64,000 nucleotides of DNA from positions 68,448,001-68,512,000 of the forward strand of contig OZ024742.1 in NCBI GenBank assembly GCA_964016885.1. Direction: 5' to 3'. Shown here in pieces: positions 59,800 through 64,000 of the stretch; position 1 is the stretch's first letter, and each line of letters begins with the position of its first letter. Made by a program: the position numbers and the translations under genes. The notes beneath the pieces were generated by a model that did no database searches, had not been told where the DNA came from, and worked only from the letters and a program-made list of their open reading frames with translations. This DNA comes from Eledone cirrhosa. Its lineage: Eukaryota.

Positions 59800-60435
59800 T
59801 TGATGTTGACAAGTTGCCAATTAGAACCATCACAGAAACCAACAATCTACTCAGCGCTGCAAGTATCTACATTGCTAAAGAGTTAGATCTGAAACAGATT
59901 ACACAAAAGCTGATCAAGGAACCATGGTGAAAAAGGAGAATTGAAGGGGACATCAAAATGCTTAGGAAAGATATGAATATACTTGAAAGGGAAAAACGAG
60001 GGGAATTTTTAAAAAGGCAGAAAGATTGAACAACTTACAGGGAAATACAATATCAGGAAAAAGAAGATTACAATGGTAATTAAGGAGCTGAAACAAAAGG
60101 TACCTGTCAAAGCTGCAAAGGTTAAGAGGTATAAACAACGGATCAAGCAGTATAAACAGAATGTATGTTTCCAACAAAATCAGAAGAGATTCTATCAGGA
60201 GGTAAATGGCATTGTTAGGAATGATGATGTAATCCCTGATCCGGATGAAAGTAAGAAGTTTTGGAGTGATATCTGGAGTGTAGGAAAAGAGCACAATGGA
60301 AGCGTGGAGTGGCTGACTAACATCAAAAATGATATTGGGGATAATCAACAGAGAGATTTAGAGATAACAACTGATATGGTAACTATCCAGTGTAGAAAGA
60401 TACCAAATTGGAAAACCCCCGGCAAAGACGGTGTT
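59800..60435 (+). mobile_element. R4/Dong-type non-LTR fragment, region just upstream of RT
   Basis: [35 protein letters not shown]...EWL and [12 protein letters not shown]. Confidence 0.85.
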
Positions 60436-60610
60436 CCGCCAACATATCTGCGATTAAAACACAAGACAAATCTCTTTAAGTGGTCTCATTGCAACATGCG
60501 CAGGATTAAACGTACACAACTTCAACTTAAAATGTTATTCACCCAACAAAAGAGAATAAACAAATAAGAAAAATTCATTAACAAATATAAACCACAATTA
60601 AATATGTAAT
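60436..60610 (+). mobile_element. Decayed Neptune PLE GIY-YIG C-terminal fragment
   Basis: Homologous to 53779-53965 (RQ.I.D..TR.I.LS..IA.CAG; FTQQ.RINK.E..F.NK.KP.LN). Confidence 0.7.
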
Positions 60611-60784
60611 TCTCCCTCATTAGACAATAAACAGTTATCTATAGGGAATAGCCAATGTACACACATCTGTAAACAAATCTATATATTTTCAACCGCACAT
60701 ACAACACAGGATAAAAGGAAAAATGCTAACTACAAGAAAACCTCTAATAAAACCCTGTTCATTTCCTTTTTTCTTTCTTTCTTC

Positions 60785-60834
<50 letters not shown>

Positions 60835-61002
60835 ACTCCCGCTCGCTTTTTTTTTTTCTTTTCTCTTTCTTTCAAATCAATTCTTTGACAAATTTTACAC
60901 ACCCACTCAAAACACCTTGCCAAGCATTGCGACTGGAACAGGGTCTTTCTACTACAAACCCATGGTCATATTTGACCGAAGGAGGTCTACGATATCATAT
61001 AT

Positions 61003-61190
61003 AATTGTTTCTACTTTTGGCACAAGGCCAGCAATTATCCCAGTGTATTACTGGTACTTTATTTTATCGACCCTGTAAGGATGAAAGGCAAAGTTAACCT
61101 CGGCGGGATTTGAACTCAGATCATAAAGGGAGGTAACTCCATGCTTCAAAGCATGGCGTCCGACCCTCTAGCGATACTGCCAATCCACCT
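61003..61190 (-). mobile_element. SINE with a ~19-bp target-site duplication
   Basis: ctacgatatcatatataat at about 60987 and about 61189. Confidence 0.85.
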
Positions 61191-61413
61191 ACGATATCAT
61201 ATATAATATATGTATATAATATATTATATATATACATACATTCACACACGCGTATATATATACACGCAAACACACACACATATACGCGCACACACACACA
61301 CACATATACACACACATATATATATATATATCAAAAGTATATATTGAGTTAGAAACTGAAAATAGTCTCTTACAATTAAATAGCTCAAGGAAAGAAATTT
61401 TTCCGGGCCGTGT

Positions 61414-61860
61414 AATATAATTGAATATAAAAGAGGGATAAGCACAGATATATACATATATGTGTTCAAATCATAAGGGACCAGATTCGCTTGGGTGAAA
61501 AAAATACTAACTATGAACAATAGGGTTTGCCAGACTCAATTTAAAAGTATAAATTAAGAAAAAATACAAACCGAAATTGTGATAACTATCAGAGAGCGTT
61601 TGCTAATGCTGTTTTGCAATTTAGTGATAGGGGATTACCAATTCTATTGCTTTTCAGTGGATGTGAAATTAGTAAACCCTTCACTTCTAAGTATCTCAGA
61701 AGACTGAATGGTGTGCGTCTATAAAATAACGCACATGGCATTCAGAACCTAGCGTGTCTCATAAAACGTATGCTACTAAAAATAGCAGCCAAGCCCCTTA
61801 CGATTTGAGCACATATATGTATACATCTGTGTTTATCTCTCTTTTATATTCAATTATATT
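61414..61860. repeat. 66-bp imperfect inverted repeat enclosing ~315 bp
   Basis: 61414-61479 versus 61795-61860. Confidence 0.85.
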
Positions 61861-61869
61861 CAATTTTGA

Positions 61870-62500
61870 TGAGAGAACGGGTTCCCGGACCACCCTGGTG
61901 ATATTTGAATTTACCAGGGATTCAGTCATACAATGACCCGAAACTTGCCGGGAGTCTTGTATGGTAATAGGACCCTTAATAGTAATAAGACCCTTATTAG
62001 TAGTGAGACCCATATACATATAATTAATTTTGAAGTCCGACTCTTCTTATAGATTGTCCAGGTGTGGCACTCCATATTAGATTGTAATCATCATGATATG
62101 AACTCCTTTAGTACTTATTAATAGACTCCACTCTAATTTGTAAATAAGAAACCTAATTTAATTTATATATGAGATGGGAGTTTATGTATTGCTTGATGGC
62201 CAGACTAGTGTCTTTACATGAGAGGATTGATCCCCAGATTACCCAGAGGATATTCAAATTGGCCAACGATTCAGACATATAACGACCCAGAGCTTACCGG
62301 CAGTCATATATAATAATAGGACCCTGCCAGGTTCTGCGGGTGGAATACACTTACAAAGAACATTGATTTGTGAGTCTGACTATTCTTATAGAATGTTCAG
62401 ATATGACACCCCTTAATAGAAGGTAATCATCCTGATATATACACCTTTAGTACTTCTTAATAGACAACACTGTTACCTATAGATAAGTAACCTAATCTAG
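61870..62500. repeat. Old diverged tandem duplication, period about 350 bp
   Basis: gattcagtcatacaatgacccg/gattcagacatataacgaccca, taataggaccct twice, ttcttataga twice, cctttagtactt twice. Confidence 0.75.
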
Positions 62501-63243
62501 AAATTAGTTATAGCATCATATGATAGGCACTTTTTTGAAACACCATTAGTGTAATTAGGATAATAAATTTAACTAAGAAAACCAGCTAGTTACCTCCCCT
62601 TACGCATTAACTCCCCTTGGTCACGCACACACTTCCGGAGTATAATATCATCACACAAAACTAAACAACATGACCTATTGATTAAGAATCGACAAGATAT
62701 GGTTTATAACTTGGTTATATACTGAACCATCATGGATTGTATGATAGACCCGTGGTCTACATATTGCGTCTCATGGATTATGTGAGTGGTGGTGTGCGCG
62801 GGGACAGTGGTACTGTTTTGCCTACGCTATAATATGTTTTATAATAAGTTTGATATTATTGATATTTTGGTGTTTCTCTACACTCGGGATTGTATACCAT
62901 ACAGGTGTATGCGAAAAAATGATTTAACAATTCAGCCCACATAATACTCTCGATTGCCTGCTTCAACTGCCTGATCCTGCAACTAACAATCTGCCGCACT
63001 CTAACCCCGTGAGATTGTTTCATACACTGACTACTCTAAACTTTCCTCTCGCTTTATCTTCATAAACTGCCAATGTTTCAGTTTCATTTTCATTTTCATT
63101 TTCATTTTCATTTTCATTTTTATTTTTAACCTTTATATGTAAATTGCCATGCTATATCATTTTGATGTGGGTCAATATATGCATGTCTTTATATGTCTCT
63201 TGTGTTGAAAAGGAGGTCAAGTATGTTATAGATCACTAAATTG

Positions 63244-63292
63244 TTGCTCCGAAGAATCCAAACCTCGGTTTGGAGGAAACAATTGTAAGCAA
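63244..63292 (+). ncRNA. Type I hammerhead ribozyme, CCGAAGA core, followed by AAUAAA
   Basis: UUGCU-CCGAAGA-A-UCCAAAC-CUCG-GUUUGGA-G-GAA-ACAAUUGU-A-AGCAA. Confidence 0.8.
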
Positions 63293-64000
63293 ATAAATGA
63301 TTTAAACTGAACTTTGATTATTGTAATCTCTATATAACTGCTCTGTAAAACAACTGATGTTATTACATTGAGCTATTTATCTTACTGGTAATAAGATAGT
63401 AATAAATGACTATCTTTCACTATTTGGGGTTTGTATAAAAAATATATAACCATAAAAGGTTTTATTATATACATAACCATAAATAGTATCCTTAATACTA
63501 TATATATATATATATATATATACATATACATTTTTTTTAATTATCGCTCTACATGGCTGAATACAATAAATGTAATCTGAGTTTTTTGAATATTAATAAT
63601 AATATTCGATTCGTTTACAATATTGCAAACAGGTTCTTTTTAAAGCCATATCAGTAGAATGAGCCCCCTCATTCTTGCTCTAATGTTGGCATGTAAACAG
63701 TTGTGTTTACCTGCCAAAAATAAAAAAAGAGGCTGTTTGCATAATTGCAAACGAATCGAATATTATTATTCAATTGCCTTTCATCCTTACGGGGTCGATA
63801 AAATAAAGTACCAGTAATGCACTGGGTAATTGCTGGCCTTGTGCCTAAAGTAGAAACAATTATTAATATTCGAAAAACTCAGATTACATTTATTATATAC
63901 ATATATATATAAAGTCTAAAGTCTGTCTTAAGCTAGAAGGCTCATCAGGCCAGAGCTTATCCAGGTTCGGTTTCATAGCGTGAAGCGACTGAGAGTACAA

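Overview
Eukaryotic, AT-rich, microsatellite-saturated non-genic DNA. The SINE and microsatellite landscape suggests an octopus genome (inference, not verified). I find no supportable host gene, and nearly all ORFs in the track are translations of simple repeats. The window is a graveyard of retroelements: R4/Dong-type and RTE LINE fragments, Penelope-like elements (PLEs; Neptune- and Naiad-type GIY-YIG), tRNA-derived SINEs, a bipartite RTE-derived element in tandem arrays, and DNA-transposon MITEs. The main hidden signal is RNA-level. About 18 type I hammerhead ribozyme (HHR) motifs can be read by eye, most with palindromic (dimer-forming) stem III, and several have recurrent non-canonical cores (CCGANGA three times, UUGANAA twice). 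Many lie in non-coding units of about 430-705 bp that are terminally redundant, inserted in (TA)n tracts and often folded back; one family is circularly permuted between copies. This is the expected footprint of several families of PLE-mobilised retrozyme or circular RNAs. All structures were derived by eye, coordinates are approximate, and ribozyme activity is untested.
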